Source of the DNA: Lepidodermella squamata
Taxonomy: Eukaryota; Animalia; Gastrotricha
Direction: 5' to 3'
NCBI GenBank assembly: GCA_047495785.1
Contig: JBLDXI010000007.1
Span: 4,340,001-4,404,000 of the forward strand
Length of the DNA stretch: 64,000 nt
The translations under genes and the position numbers were made by a program. Positions 13,278 through 26,769 of the stretch are shown here, one piece after another. Within the stretch, counting starts at the first letter, position 1. Each line of letters opens with the position of its first letter. Below the pieces are notes generated by a model, which had not been told where the DNA came from, did not search any database, and saw only the letters and a program-made list of their open reading frames with translations.

Positions 13278-14187
13278 TAAAATTGGTGTGACATGGAAAC
13301 AACGGATTTTCCGGGAAAGAAGTTAATCATAATAGCCTGAGTTGGCCCATGAAATTTGAGGAAGTTGTAGCTGAAAGAAAGCGCATCTCAGCTTTGATAT
13401 TGTCGTATTAAGCTATTCTAAGCGTGTTTTCGACCTTTGTGGCAAAAATAGTCCCTCATAGTTACTTACTTTAAAGACGTCAATCTATGGCTGAATTCCG
13501 TTTCATTCATTCATCAAAGCCATTTGAACTCTCAAATGAGATATTGCAGGTACCATCCTCATTTAATTCAAAGGATATTTCTCAAATCAGAACTGTTTCA
13601 TTCATCACTATCAGATTTAAGTTTTAAGGTTTGCTTAAGTAAGGTTATTGAAAGTGAAAAGTGATACTGATTTCATACCACGAAAAAGCAAAACAAAGAG
13701 TTGAGTCATTCACGTCAATGTACTATACACTTTCATATCAATTTTTTGTCTGTAGTTTTTCTCCACAGTCTTTTTGGCTGTGAATTACGATGCCAACGAA
13801 ATTTTACGCTTAATATGATGCAAAAAACTTAGATAATCTTTTGAAAAGCGTGGCTGTCGTTGTTATCAAGTAAGAAGGGGGCATGAGGAGAGTGACGAAA
13901 CACATGGTCCAGCAAAGAAAATTTAGAGAATTCACCGTTAATTTTTCTGATTTATCTGCTTATTTAGCGATATTGGAAACATCATAGCAAGCTGAAACCC
14001 AGACAATATTTCAGCAAGAATCAAAGATTTTGACTAACGAGAAATGAATTGTTTCCTTATCATTAAATTAGCGTCTTCAGTTGATCTTCAAGCGTGGATT
14101 ATTTTTTGCATGCAAAAGCTCCAATGCTTTGTAGTAGTTTCATCACAAGAGCTCAATCCTGGTTTCATCTGTGTCAACCGTCATGAA

Positions 14188-14766
14188 ATGATCCGAACGA
14201 ACGCTAAGAGTCTTTCAATATCAGGCAAGCGAAGCAGAACTCACCGATACAATTTCATCAATCTATTGTTAATTTATATATTTTTCAGTTGCCCTTCTTC
14301 TGTTAATTATAATTGAAGGGCAAGCACAGGATGTGAGTGATGGTCATTTTATTGATAGTTCGAAATTCCGTGTTTTGTTCAAAGGAATCTCTCGATAATA
14401 CGATTACAGCAACATCTACTACAGCAAGGCCTTCTCCCCCGCCTCCGCCCCCTCCACCACCTGCGCCTTCCCCTCCAACGGTTGTGAGGGAAATCATTTA
14501 CGTTCCTGGGCCTCCTCCTCCTCCTCCACCTCCGCCTCCACCGGCAGCGGTGGTCGTGAAAGCACCAGCGCAAAGTAAGTATTTCAGAGGATGCATTAAC
14601 CACTTTGAAGCCTATTTCTCCGCTACCAGCTACGCCAAAAGGCCCTTCACCTGACGAAGTCATTGGCATAGTCATCGGAGTTTTGTCTTTTGTACTAGCA
14701 GCTACGCTGACTATAACACTCATCCTTGTACAATGCGGCGTAATACCTTCATGTACTTGCTATTAG
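14188..14766 (+). CDS. Small type-I membrane protein family, member B (poly-Pro ectodomain, TM, CGVIPSCTCY stop)
   Basis: 4 exons: MIRTNAKSLSISVALLLLIIIEGQAQ-DESLD...PPPPPPPPP...EVIGIVIGVLSFVLAATLTITLILVQCGVIPSCTCY. The first intron uses a GC donor at 14225. Confidence 0.75.
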
Positions 14767-15718
14767 CGAGTAACAACGTACGGAGTAAGACGGAATGAAA
14801 ATTTACTCTCGATAATTAATAAATAGAGTAGCTCACGGTTACTTTCCCAGTATTTCGAATATTATCTCAGAATTGTGTATTTGATAAAGAATTAGCCGGC
14901 CCAAAATAGCTTGCAAGAAGCTACACAGATCAACAGCAGGAATGGAGCATGAAGCATGAGGTTGGACTTGAGATTTGTTATTCAAGGCAAAGAAATACCC
15001 AAACCCTCGGCCTCTTTCGGCCAAATACAATCAACGTATTCGTGAAGGCAGGCTGTCAATGAGTTTTGATAGTCCCGAGTCTACATAATAGTTCATGGGA
15101 TAAATTGTGAATCGCGAATTTTAGCAAATGTTTGGAGTTCGTCTTCTAAATTACCAGTGTATCAAAATAATACTATGGAGCCGGTGGAATCCTTCGGAAG
15201 CGTTCAAGCGAACAGTTGAATCATATACTTTGAAAGCTGATATTTTTATGGCAAAGCAGATGAAATTGTTAACCCTAGAGGTTCTGGTGTATCCGATATG
15301 GTCGCTTGCGCCGAACTGAGATGAAATGACGTGTCTTAAGCGACGTCGGCGCCTCAGTCTGACCTAATACTTTGTAATATGAGTCATTGATGAGAATGCT
15401 ACTGAATTATTACCACAATTACACTGACGTTCCTTCTCAAAATCCCTGGAATAGATTTACTCACTCAGTTGAGCCCTGTGAACTGTGATAAATGCGCATA
15501 TTGAGTCAGGAAAAACAAGTTATCTAATCCCATTACTTGTTAGCATTTTTGAATATTGCTCAAACTTCTTTGCGCATCATTCCTGTCAGAAAGTATTCTC
15601 CCATCCGTGAAAACGGACGCAAACGACAAGGTGATTATGAGTTATCGCAGCTATATAAGTCGCCATCAGCATCGACGACAACGCTACTCACGGCAACAGA
15701 CAATTGATATTCATCACA

Positions 15719-15966
15719 ATGTCTCGGTCACTTGTCCTACAAATCCTGACTGTCGCATGTAAGACGCCTTAAACTTCTGCCAACTGCAGGCAAACTTATT
15801 TAAGCATTCTTATTTTTCAGTCTTGCTCCTGCTCCTGGAAGTCGGCGAAGTCAATTGCCAGTACTACGACTCGGTCGGACTGATAGCCGGCGTTGTCTCA
15901 TCCGTGGTTGTTGTCCTGATCATTGTATTTGTATCTCTCGCAGTTTGCGGAGTTTTTGGCTGTTAA
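15719..15966 (+). CDS. Family member C: 61-aa micropeptide (signal + TM + CGVFGC), essentially no ectodomain
   Basis: 2 exons joined by T|gtaaga...ttttcag|TC: MSRSLVLQILTVAFLLLLLEVGEVNC-QYYDSVGLIAGVVSSVVVVLIIVFVSLAVCGVFGC. Same phase-1 signal-peptide intron as its neighbours. Confidence 0.65.
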
Positions 15967-16770
15967 TCGACGTTCAGCACTCCGTTCAATTAATAATTGA
16001 GACTCAACAGCCTCGATATTCAACATCCTCCTTTCATAATTAATCAATTAGGTATTGATTAATATTAATGCAACAGCGACATCATAAGCTATATTGACCA
16101 TAATTGTTTCCTAATTTCTTTTTAAAACAATAATAAGCGAATAAATAATAATTAATCAATACATTTCGAACATTTGTGAGACAAAGCTTGCTCGAGGATA
16201 CTTTAAAACTTTTGACTCTTTTATGAACGCATATTCGATGAAGTAAGGAAGTGAAAGGATTTAGCTAGTAAATATCCTTGGCTTGCGTGATTGCGCGTAG
16301 TCCTCGAATTTTAAAACGGATACTATTTACTATCTACTAGCTAAATCTGTTCACTTCCTTACTTCAGGCTGAAAAAACACATGGGGGACCCTTTGCCCTT
16401 TGGTTTCCTCGGCTCGGTGCTAGAAAACACCTCAGCTCCCGGATCCTACTTCGTACCCTGTTTCAAATTACTATAGATTACTATACTATTGCTAGATTAT
16501 TATCATAGGCCTCTATTATAAGAGGCTACGCTCCTTGCAAATTCGGAAGATTTCCTACGAAGGTGAATTTCAAGTCTCAACAAGTGTAAAGGCGTGCTTA
16601 GAGCCATTCTCTTTCAACTGCAGTGTCGTGATGTCGTCAGCTGGTTCCACCACCTCCGCATTTCGTGAACTACAGATTAGCATGTGTGTACTGCATCATG
16701 TGCATCTCCGCTTGCAACCTCAAATAGAAAAAACCACATCAGATTCACAAAGGCTTCAATCCAGTAGGGA

Positions 16771-17417
16771 ATGCAAGTAGCTCTGCCTGCCTTATTTATT
16801 TGTAAGTGTATATATGATTTTTTTTTATAATCGGTAGAACAAATTCTTCTCCGCAGGGTTTTCTTCGACTCTGGTTAATCATTGCTGGTCCCAAACGCCC
16901 CCTGGAAATTCTCCACCTGCGTCGTCTGATGTTGACAATGTAATTATGCAAGCCATCTCTAGCATCCGTTGAATTTTGCCATTCATTTTAAACTTTTAGA
17001 GAGACTTGATAATAATAGGTGGCGGTGGGAATTCGCCGGTATACATTCAGAGCCCACCTCCAGCGCCGCCAGTCTATTACCCCAGGCCACCTCCTGTTTA
17101 CTACCCCAGTCCAGTCTATTCGCCCCCCTCAGTCGTCGTCATCCAGGATGTCCCGCCTCCGCCTCCGCCACCGCAGCAGGTCATAATAACGGACAACGGT
17201 CGCGGCGACACAGTGATAATCATCAAAGCAACAAGTTCGCACTTTTTATTTTATTTTTTCTGAAATTAATGATGGCCATTTCTTCTCGCATTCAGCCACT
17301 CCGGCTCCAGCGGATCCAGTACTGGTCGGCATCATTGTTGGAACTACCCTCGGTGTGATACTGATCATTCTTATCATTGTGCTCAGCTATGCATTTTGCT
17401 GGTGTTGTCCCAAATAA
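16771..17417 (+). CDS. Family member D (Pro/Tyr/Val-rich ectodomain, TM, CWCCPK stop)
   Basis: 4 exons: MQVALPALFIWFSSTLVNHCWS...SPPPAPPVYYPRPPPVYYPSPVYSPP...DNGRGDTVIIIK...LVGIIVGTTLGVILIILIIVLSYAFCWCCPK. Shares the DNG-x(1,3)-GDT-x-I-x-IK motif with member A. Confidence 0.78.
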
Positions 17418-17804
17418 AAATTAATAATCAATTTTCGGTCATTTATGAAACCCTGATTTGCGGCGGAAGCTGACAGCTTGAATACATGAATGTCTCGTAG
17501 AAGTATCATTTTTGTTGATTTTCGAGTGTTTGAATAAAAAACCAACAATTGACGGCCTTCTTTAATGTAATAGCTGAAGGTTTTCTGGCGGCAGCTGTCG
17601 CGCAGCGAGTCAGTATCCTTTGAAATCTGAAATTAGGGCCACGCAAGGCTTGTATTCGTACGATTAGAACCTGCGCCGTCGACCGGCTGTTATCGATATT
17701 TATTCTCATGGCAGCCGTCCGACTCTGGCGTAGACGATAACTGTAACCTTTCTTCATCGCATTAGTCATTGTAGTCATTTCGAAAAAATCGCAATGACAC
17801 ACTC

Positions 17805-18192
17805 GAACGCGGCAGATATATTTCAGAATAATTGTGCTTTAATTAAAAATTCAGCATTCATCCACGCATTAATGGTCCATTCCTCTGGAATATGCACTCT
17901 CAGCCCCCGGCCATTGCTTCCGTCAGTTCGCTGGATCAACCCATGAAACCACCCGTTTCGGTAATGTCAGCTTCTCGACCTGTCTCTAATCCAGAAACTA
18001 ATCCAATCGCTGTGAATCCTCGATACAGTGGTGTTCCAACGATTGCAATCATATTTCTACCATAATTAAGCCAGCTACATAGCTACATAGTTGCTACAGA
18101 CCGCCGAGCGCCGTATGCTTACAGAATATGCGATGTGTTTTCTTATGCTCCTGCGAAGTGACTCAAAGCATTTCGGAACTGACGCCATTGTC
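17805..18192 (+). pseudogene. Family member E, 5' part (degenerate paralog of 42461-43074), interrupted by a large TIR element
   Basis: Nucleotide similarity to 42585-42980 (tggatcaacc..., tctcgacctgtctc, tgtgaatcctc, aagtgactc...cggaac...attgt.gg) stops at the left TIR. Confidence 0.7.
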
Positions 18193-20259
18193 GGCGCCGT
18201 GCAGTAATGTAGCTTAACCATGATATACGCACATTGGAAAATAAATTTTCTTATTTTAACGAATTTTGCCTCGAAACCGGTGTCATACTGACGGCCTTGA
18301 TGCGATGAGCAAGAATATATATAATTCGAAGCACTTCGAGCGTCCAGTGCCACGTTGAAGCTGTTTGAGCGGTTTTTCAGTCGGCGTACTATTATTATTA
18401 TTAGTGTGCGCATATGTATGTTGTTGTGCATGATGCGCGATTAAAGCATGGGCGGCCAGGCGACATAACTTTTATGGAAATTCGTTGTTATTTTGCGTTG
18501 CATTGTGCGTAACAGGTAGCTCCGATAACTACAAATTTATTGAGACTTGACGTAAAATACGAGAAGAATAATAAAATTCCCCTGAAAATGTTGTTCTCAA
18601 GTGCCTGCTATCTAAGATTTTCTTCACCGTTCATTATCGTTGACCAGAAGCCGCTCAAAGACACAACAACAACAACGCATTTTTTCATTAAAACACTACA
18701 AAAAATTTATTTCAATTTCTGCACAATAATAATAGTAATATCATTGAAAACATTAAAACAAGAGGTAAAACTATATATTATATATATTACGAGGATAACA
18801 CCAATACCAAAATTCAAAGCCTGTCGACAAGCTCTTCTTCGTCTGCCATATCCACGTCATCGGCTGTCCATTCGTTGTCTTTATATTTTTTCTCGAATCA
18901 GGGCTAGCCGATTTTCATATGCCCGGCGTTTCTCCTCTGAAGAAATGTCACATGGTAGAGCATTGAAGTAATCAAGCATTCGCGGTGGAATAACACCATC
19001 CGCAATCCAAGACAGCAAATCCATCTTTTTATCAAACGTGAGGTTTCGCGGCCCAGTACACTTTTTCAGGTTTAGCTGTCATGATAAAATAACAAATAAA
19101 ATAACGAGCAGAGAAGGCAAGTTATTATTATCTACCTACCGTTATCATAACCAAATGGACCTTTATTCTTCACAGGAGTGAGGTGTACATCTAAACGCCA
19201 TGAAACTGTCATCAAGGAATCAAACACTACTGAGTCAGCTACTGATGAGGGTGGACTCGTAGGTAGCGCGGTATGCAACTGTCATCAAGTTATCAAACAT
19301 TACTGATCGGCTACTGATTGGAGCCTGCAACCGAGCAGCGGCTGCTACATGCTAACTCAATGTACACCTTGCTGTTATCAAGTGCTTGTAATTAACGATG
19401 TGTAAGCCGAATAAAAGAAACAAATGTGAACTCGACAAAGTCTTTTGTTGTATCTGGTCAGATTTGGAGTTTATATTGTTTATTCTTATTGTCAGTATTA
19501 TTTGCAGCTATCACTAGTATGGGATCGTTACGGTTTGCAACTTCATTTCTGTTGCTTTACTTTTATGTTACACCCATTATCACGGGGTCATGTACGACGT
19601 GTTGTTCCACGATGTGTTGCCTAAACTCGTCGATGGCAGTATTTTGCATCACACTGAACCGGACGCAGTTAGCCTTTTGTTTCAGGGTTTTTTCGAAATC
19701 ATTGCTGACATTGTTCACTTCCTGCTCGAGTTTTTGAAGTTCAAGTTAGCGATGCTTCTAGCAAGCCTAGTGATCCTTTTTGCATTACGTCTCAGTGTCA
19801 GAGCCACCACATGTGGTTGTTTAGCAGCCCTCTGCATCGGCTTTCCATCGCTTATGTTTCTGATCATTTTTCGAATTTACCTGATGCTCGTAATCGTGTC
19901 TTTGCTGCTGCTGGGTATACGCCTATCGGAGAACTAAGTCGCAGATTTACAGATTTTCTAGTAACTACCGCAAGTGCTTTCACGGTAAAACTAACGCCGC
20001 GTGCGGTAAAAATTTACATACGCGGCGGCGTTCATTATACCGCACAGGCATTGAGGTGATCTTGTTTGCGTGCTGCGGTAAAATAATTACCGTCAAATGG
20101 AGAGTTATACCGAAACGCTAGCGAGCTATTATTCTGCTTCTGAAGCTATCATTCGTAAGAACCAGTCATAAGGTTTTACACCCAAGTGTTTGCTTAGTCC
20201 AGGATAACAACGTCTATGTCTTACTGTCAAATTAAACAGCTTCAAAGACTTTGAAGCTT

Positions 20260-22068
20260 CAAAACAGTTTCAAAGAAATAGAAGCGCAACTCAACTCTTT
20301 TGCCGAACAAAATCTTTTCGGCTTGATTATGCCTCAAAGCATCAAAAAGCAGGCCTACAACAATAAGGTTTGATTTCAATAGCCAAATTTAGACAAACTC
20401 AGGTTTATTTAAATAACTTTTAGTACAAAGGGAAAAAGAATTTTAGCCCATTGGGCGATTCTGTTCCAGGCGACACCGTTGTTGAGCGGAACTACGCTTG
20501 TTGGTGCTCTGGAAAGCACAGAGACGAGGGCGGCGAGCAGCTGACCCGATCCAAAAAGAAGGGCTGTCCCTTCAGCGTTATTGTCAAGCACGCCAGCGTC
20601 ACGGGCAGTGACGGAGATGGCTATACTGTGACCGCGCGAAACATGGAGCACAACCATGAGCGTACCGAACAGGACTACAATCGTCGAACAGCAGCCTTGT
20701 CGAAAGGGTCGAAGGCAGACCGTGCTATCGCTGAAGCTGCCATCGACGGGCATCAGAAACCAGCCGCTACAGCGAGAATGCTTCGAAAACTTTCTGCTCG
20801 TCAGCCTACTAGGAAAGACATCCAGAATTTCTCTGACCAGCTAAGAAGTTAGTTGAACTCACTTTTTTGATCAAGTATTGAATTACAATTTTGTCCATTT
20901 CTAGGGAAAAACGGATTGAATGATCCCGAAGACCGACTGTGGGCGACATTGCAACGTTTTCAGAACTATCTCGTGCTTGTCGACGACGAAACCAACGACG
21001 TCATCGCGATTTGCACTCAGACAAGAAGGCAGCAGAAGCTGGCAAACTTGCATCCCGAAGTTTTGCATATTGATGGTTTGTTAACACCTAAATTTGAGAA
21101 AATAATAATTAAATTCAAATAATTCATCAAATTAATTGAAATTTCACCTTTTGTTCTTCATCAGGCACGTACAAGGTGAACGACCGCAAAATGCCGCTAA
21201 TCACGTTCATGGTGACGGACAACCACGGCACGGGCCAAGCCGTTTTCCACGCTCTAATTGTTCACGAAACGCGCGACGTTTTCGACCAGACGTTCGCCGT
21301 GTTCTTCGAATGGAACCCATTAGTTAAGCCAAAAATTAAAACTGTTATGCTAGATAAGGACAAACAAGCAATTGATGCAATTAGTTCACACGTTGATCTT
21401 AATATCACTCGCATTTTACTGTGTCGCTTTCACGTCATGCAAGCTTGGGGCAAAAAACTTACGAAGAGCAAAGTTAACAGCTCAGTAGCGAAAAAATTCA
21501 TCGATCTCGCGCAACAAATGCTCTATGCTATGGATGAGTCTGACTATGAGAAATTGTTTGCTACTGCTAAGGACGTGATGGCTGAATCTCTCTATGATTA
21601 TTTTATAAAAAATTGGCAAGACGATCGAACTATGTGGGCAAGTTATGCAAGGATTGGCGTTTGTCATCTGAATGATCACACAAATAATAGGCTAGAACGA
21701 TTCCACCGCACCATTAAAGACTGTCTGATTTCCGCTAATTACTCCGTCGGATCGCTTCTCAAAGCTTTGTTCGAAATTGATGTTGAAAGAAGTATAATTA
21801 GCAGGAATGAGGCAATGAAATGCCGAAATGACACACCTACTTGGTTTGAACGATATGGTATTCCCATCGAGTATGTAAAACTTACCGACTTCGCTTTAAA
21901 AAACCTACTGAAAAAAGAATTAGAGCTCTCACAAAATCGAGAAGTAGTCTGTTTACATGATGAGATATATGAAGTTAAGAATCGCAATGGCTGTAAGACT
22001 TTCTCCGTTAATATGCACGATGAGACTTGCTCGTGTGGAATCCCAGCATCATCTTTGTTGCCCTGTCG
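20260..22068 (+). mobile_element. Mutator-like (MULE) transposase gene with introns, truncated at the SWIM finger
   Basis: FAR1/WRKY-like SKKKGCPF...NMEHNH. DDE core HIDG|TYKVN (spliced), VMLDKD, LLCRFHV, TNNRLERFH. SWIM CSCGIPASSLLPCR ends where the LINE fragment begins. The start coordinate is approximate. Confidence 0.8.
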
Positions 22069-22775
22069 CCCAGAGGCACAGATTCTTTCAGCCAGTTCTC
22101 GCCACCAGGTTCTGTTGCTGGCCAGCTCCCTCAGATGGACGAGGTCTTTGTGGCAGTTCAGACTGGGGACCCAGGGCTGTCTCTTGATGTAGTCATGATC
22201 GTTTTGGATGGCAATATTTAAGGCAAAGGTTTCGTGGAGATCTTTCGCGAGGAGTTTCGGCAATGTGATCAGGGGCAATATTTAAGGCAAAGGTTTCGTG
22301 GAGATCTTTCGCGAGGAGTTTCGGCAATGTGATCAGGCCTCTCCCAAGAAAGGGTTGACCGAGTTTTTCGAAGTATTGGTCCATGGCGACCTGAGCGGGG
22401 GTGAACGCCGGTAGCCGTAGGATATGACCGAATAGTCTCCACCTTCGCCTCTTTACAGTCAAGGACAGTGGTTCTTCGCTCGTTTCATGGTATAGGTCTT
22501 CGTTGGAAATGGTGTCCGGGTAGATACTGCCCATAATCTTGCGGAGCTGATCCCTGTGATGGGCATCGAGCTTCTGCTCCATCGTAGATGTCAGCCCCCA
22601 TGTTTCGCTGTTGTACAAGAGCACCGGTTTGGTTTTGGCTCTGTATATGCGGATTTTCTTGTCGACTGATACGATGTTCGATCGCCAGATTGCATCTAGC
22701 TTGCCAAACGCTGCCCAGGAGAGGCTGATAAGATGCGCCATGTCTTCGGAGTCACCTAGAAGGCTACCCAGTTTC
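22069..22775 (-). mobile_element. 5'-truncated non-LTR retrotransposon (RTE-like) RT C-terminus with an internal ~65-bp tandem duplication
   Basis: KIRIYRAKTKPVLLYNSETW, ISNEDLY, RRRWRLFGHILRL. The segment gcaatatttaaggc...gtgatcagg occurs twice at about 22211-22337. Confidence 0.8.
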
Positions 22776-22990
22776 TTCTCTCTTCAAACGCCAACATGAC
22801 TGGTAAAAGCGCGTAACTATTCGCGCACTTTTCCTAGGCTTTGCTTTTTTCATTCTTCAATAAATTTTGGCAATATAATATAACGAAAAATTTTTGTTCA
22901 TTTTATTTCATTTGAAAACCAAGAACGTCTTTTGGCGGGTTTTCAATTTTTATTTTATTAGGAGTTTCGACAAAAAAGCCACATGGGCGG

Positions 22991-23176
22991 CCTGGAGAAA
23001 CAGTCAGCAATAACTGGAGTACCAGGGGTAGGAATTTCAATTAAGTAGTTAGTAAACCAGTCCAAACTTTCCTAGAGCGTAAGCTCGCGATTTTCTCACA
23101 AGCTCCGCCTTATGGCGAAAGCTTGAGTCCGTCAGGGCGAGGAGAAATCGTAATTCCTGATCCTGATCCTGATCCT
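22991..23176 (+). mobile_element. SINE-like interspersed repeat, 5'-truncated copy with (CCTGAT)n tail
   Basis: Similar to the reverse complement of 46610-46808 and 54780-54978, which end in (CGTGAT)n. Confidence 0.6.
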
Positions 23177-23487
23177 CTCAGTTGACGTCGTCGAACGAAA
23201 CAAAATGAAGTCTCTCTCATTGCATTCATTTCATTTTAATTTTCGCCGAAGATTTGCCTCGAAATCGTGTTAAAGCTTTTATTTTTGATTTAATTTGCAA
23301 GATCTGTTGTGAGACTTCGGCTTGTTCTTCACTTGTAGCACTCCAGTAACTTGTGGTAGGCGCACGTTATCACTAAATTTTCCATTTCCATCGCTGAACT
23401 TACTCGGAGAGGTTTGTCTCTAACCTCTAGATCCTATAAAATGACCAAAAAATGACTAACCCATCAATGCATCCAAGTTCATCCGTA

Positions 23488-23812
23488 TGTTTAGTACTGA
23501 TAACAAGTTGATGCATCTGTTTTCTACTCGTAACAAGTTGACCTATTTGTTTTCTACTCGTAACAAATACTTATACTTTCAACCATTAGTGTCCACTCGC
23601 GCGCAATGTTGAATCCTTTGAAAAATGATCATCACGAAGGCCCGGGAGGCTCTCTTACTGTCGAGACCAAGTCATCTTAAACGGGGCTTCTTGGAGCATC
23701 CTGTCAAGTGTTAAACTGCGACTCCAATATTTGTTTTCTACTCGTAACAAATAGACACATCTGTTTTCTACTCGTAACAAATTGGCCCGATTGTTTTCTA
23801 CTTGTGGCAAGT
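23488..23812 (+). repeat. Two clusters of ~30-bp-period repeats with core TGTTTTCTACTCGTAACAA
   Basis: About six copies at 23488-23567 and 23731-23812. Probably subterminal repeats of a TE. Confidence 0.6.
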
Positions 23813-26288
23813 GGAGTTTTCAGCAAATTTCGCACAAACTTGACATCAATCAAACAACTTCCATCAAAGCCCCGCTAATGGTTCAGGGCTAACTTCGTGA
23901 TTTGGGTAACAGACAGTCAGTTGCCAGTTTTTAGTGTTCAAATGAGCATCATTGCTTTGACCGTTCTCATAATTTACGTAGGATTTCAGCTGCTAACGTT
24001 TGCTGAGTTAATCTGTTGCCTGTTTTGCTTGAGCCCCTCCTGAATTTTTCACACAGGTTTTAGTTTTACATAGCGTCATCACCGTTACTCCGGAATCACC
24101 CTTATCTTCCTCGTTCTACTATTCTATTTGATTTTGTATCATATTGAATGGATCAAATAATTATAGATTTCATCCACTGTAGATTTTACGTTTCGCTGAT
24201 TTAGTTTTGATATCTGCTAATATCTCGAGCACGAAAGCGTAAAGCCGCAGTTTCTGCAGATTGGGTCATTCAGGGAAAAGAAGCAAGGCATGACAGACTT
24301 GCTTTTGAACGACTCGAGTTGGTGTACCGAAGAAACGATACATGTATGCTTTTGTTGCCAAATTACTCTTCATTATTATAATAGGATTTTAGGAGAGATT
24401 GAGTTTGGAGAAGAGCGAGCTTTGCTAGAGCTAAAGCTGGACAGCGGCTGGTCCAATGAAATGCTTTGAAAAATTTGCATACGATGGAATTTCGCGCTTC
24501 GACCAGAGAAACCGGAGAACCAAAGGCCCGGCGGCTGTGAATTTCCCAATTCGTCACCAAATCACGCGGTACGCCAATTTCAAATATTTTGTTGACATGG
24601 AAAAATCATCAACAATTACCTGTTAGTTTTAGTTAGTTACATGCGTAGTTAGTTTGGGGCGCCGTCATTATAGCGGCGACAAAATAAATGCGAAGCTGTT
24701 AATGAGGTTCTGTTAATGAGTCGCTGGCTTAAGCATTTCAATCGGCAATAGAGCGCTTTGTACGTAATTCAGATAAAATTAGCTATTCCTTGTAAATCTT
24801 ATCCAATTGTGGACTAGATTGTACTACATTCATTCCTGTAATATAAATCAACCGTGGAGCTACGATCTTGCCATAAGATCGCACGCGCATGAGTTCGCGG
24901 TAAAGACGCGAGCTATTATTCGCCCGCCAATGTGTGGAAGATCGCTATTCCAGTGGTGCGCTAACTCGGGTTTTTTGGCCGCCGGCTGGCCTTGAGGTTT
25001 GTGCTAACAAATATTTGGTTTATTTGGATGGGTCATCCATCTTTAAAATTTGTTTCGGGAATCGAGAAGTGATAGTGATAGTGAAAGTGTGGGGTATTTT
25101 GGCAATTTGGCGATTTCACGATTGCCTTTCGTGTGACTCACAAGAAAAAATACGGTCCGAATTTGGGGATGCATAATTGTTTTTTACGAGCAATTCTATC
25201 ATCCGAATTCATACCCCTGGGACCTGCTAATTCGGGGGGTTAACTCTGTATGGTGCGAATTCGGTCGCTCAAAATTAATTTTTTTCATAGGTGGGAATTG
25301 GGACCTTGCAATTAATTAATGCAATTTTTGAAAAATTTACATGTCAATAATCAACGATGAAGCACTTTCAAAAAATTTATATCTTGAAATCCAAGTACCT
25401 GGTTGTACCAGGCAGCAAGGTAGCAAGGTTCCGAAACCCTGTTAGAGTAACTAGGATCAGAGATTCTCCACCCAGGACTACCCGGCAGTCAGTTAACTCT
25501 TACCGAGTTACTTACACAAAGGCCTTTGAATCTATGCCAATTTTCCAACGAGTCGACCTTCGTTTATGAATAAGACTCGGACTCACTCGTTCACGTCGCG
25601 GAAGAACCCGCACTTAAGTGATTTTTTTTATTTTACTGTATTGCAAAGTACACGGGGCAAGGATTTTGGGACGAGCGTAGCGAGGCACCGAGCGAGGCGA
25701 GAAAGCAGCGATTAATTTTTGTCGCAGTCGAGCGAAGCGAGAAAAGTAACCAACAACTAGTTTCTTCCTTCCGCTAGATAAAGGCGACCAGTGACTTTTT
25801 TACGCTTCTCAACGACGATCTCACTGGCGGGTATAACACTGTCAGGTAAAAAGAGCCGGAAACAAAACGAAATCGGTCACTTCCAAGCTTGAAACGAGTC
25901 GAAGCAGGAGTGAAACGAGGCGCAGCCGAGTGTAACGAATGCGGAGACGAGTTTCAACATTTTCGAATTTTTCGAAGGCCCACTTTTTCCAAGATAATAC
26001 ATGTACGAGATACACGTGAAAATACTGCAGTTTGCACCTGACAGCAATTTGCGAACTCAAAAATTGGCGCGGCTTTTTAATCGTCGAAATGCGTTGATAA
26101 GTGTTCGAGAGTTCAAAAATAAGAAATTGTCTAGCTTTCATGATTAAGATGGATTTTTTATTGTTTGAGAATTCATGCCCTCGTTTTTATAATATGCAGC
26201 GAACTATGTGAATTATTTGGATTTCGACACACTCAAACCCCTGTATCTTGATAACGGTGATAGCTGACCCCATCGAGCAATATGTAAA

Positions 26289-26385
26289 ATAGTTCCCACG
26301 GTCCGGCCTGTTTCTCGATGATAACATAACTGCGCCTCGGCTTGTTATGTGATCATCTCGAAACAGGCCTCCCCTAGGGAACTAT
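26289..26385. mobile_element. ~97-bp hairpin MITE
   Basis: ATAGTTCCC..GGCCTGTTTC..GATGATAACATAAC is the imperfect inverse of GTTATGTGATCATCTCGAAACAGGCC..GGGAACTAT. Confidence 0.55.
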
Positions 26386-26769
26386 AAATACATAGTACAG
26401 CATAGATCGGCTGTAGCACCTAGTACAGTTCAAAGACTGTATTGCACAGTACAGCTCAGATCGGCTGTAAAGCACTGTACAGTTCAGTGACTGTAGTACA
26501 ATGTACATCTCAGATTGGCTGTAGCCCCTAGTACAGCTCATAACTGTACTTTGGCGTACAGTGTCGATCGAACTGTAGTCGATTGCGGAGACAAAGATCG
26601 AAAATACCCAGGATGCAACTTTTCGGCTTGCGGCATATATAGAAAATACCTAAGGCGCAGAACTAGTCGATACGAGCTAATTAAATTTTCTGACAGCTGA
26701 ATGATCTGTTTTAAATGCCTCTCCGATCGTTAAGGAGTTTCGCCCTTTTCAAAATTGATAGCTTGATTC

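Noticed and set aside
18075-18431. Similar ORFs at 18075-18431 (-) and 31350-31781 (+) sharing DTGFEAKF...HYCTAPT
   Set aside because: They are translations of the two terminal inverted repeats, not a protein family.
18820-19920. Degenerate minus-strand coding-like sequence (KKMDLLSWIADGVIPPRMLDYFNALP) that may be a transposase C-terminus
   Set aside because: Multiple stops and no catalytic motif I can verify, so it is not annotated.
23488-23812. Regularly spaced repeats resembling a CRISPR array
   Set aside because: Spacers are only about 11 nt and similar to each other, there are no cas genes, and the context is a eukaryotic TE stack.
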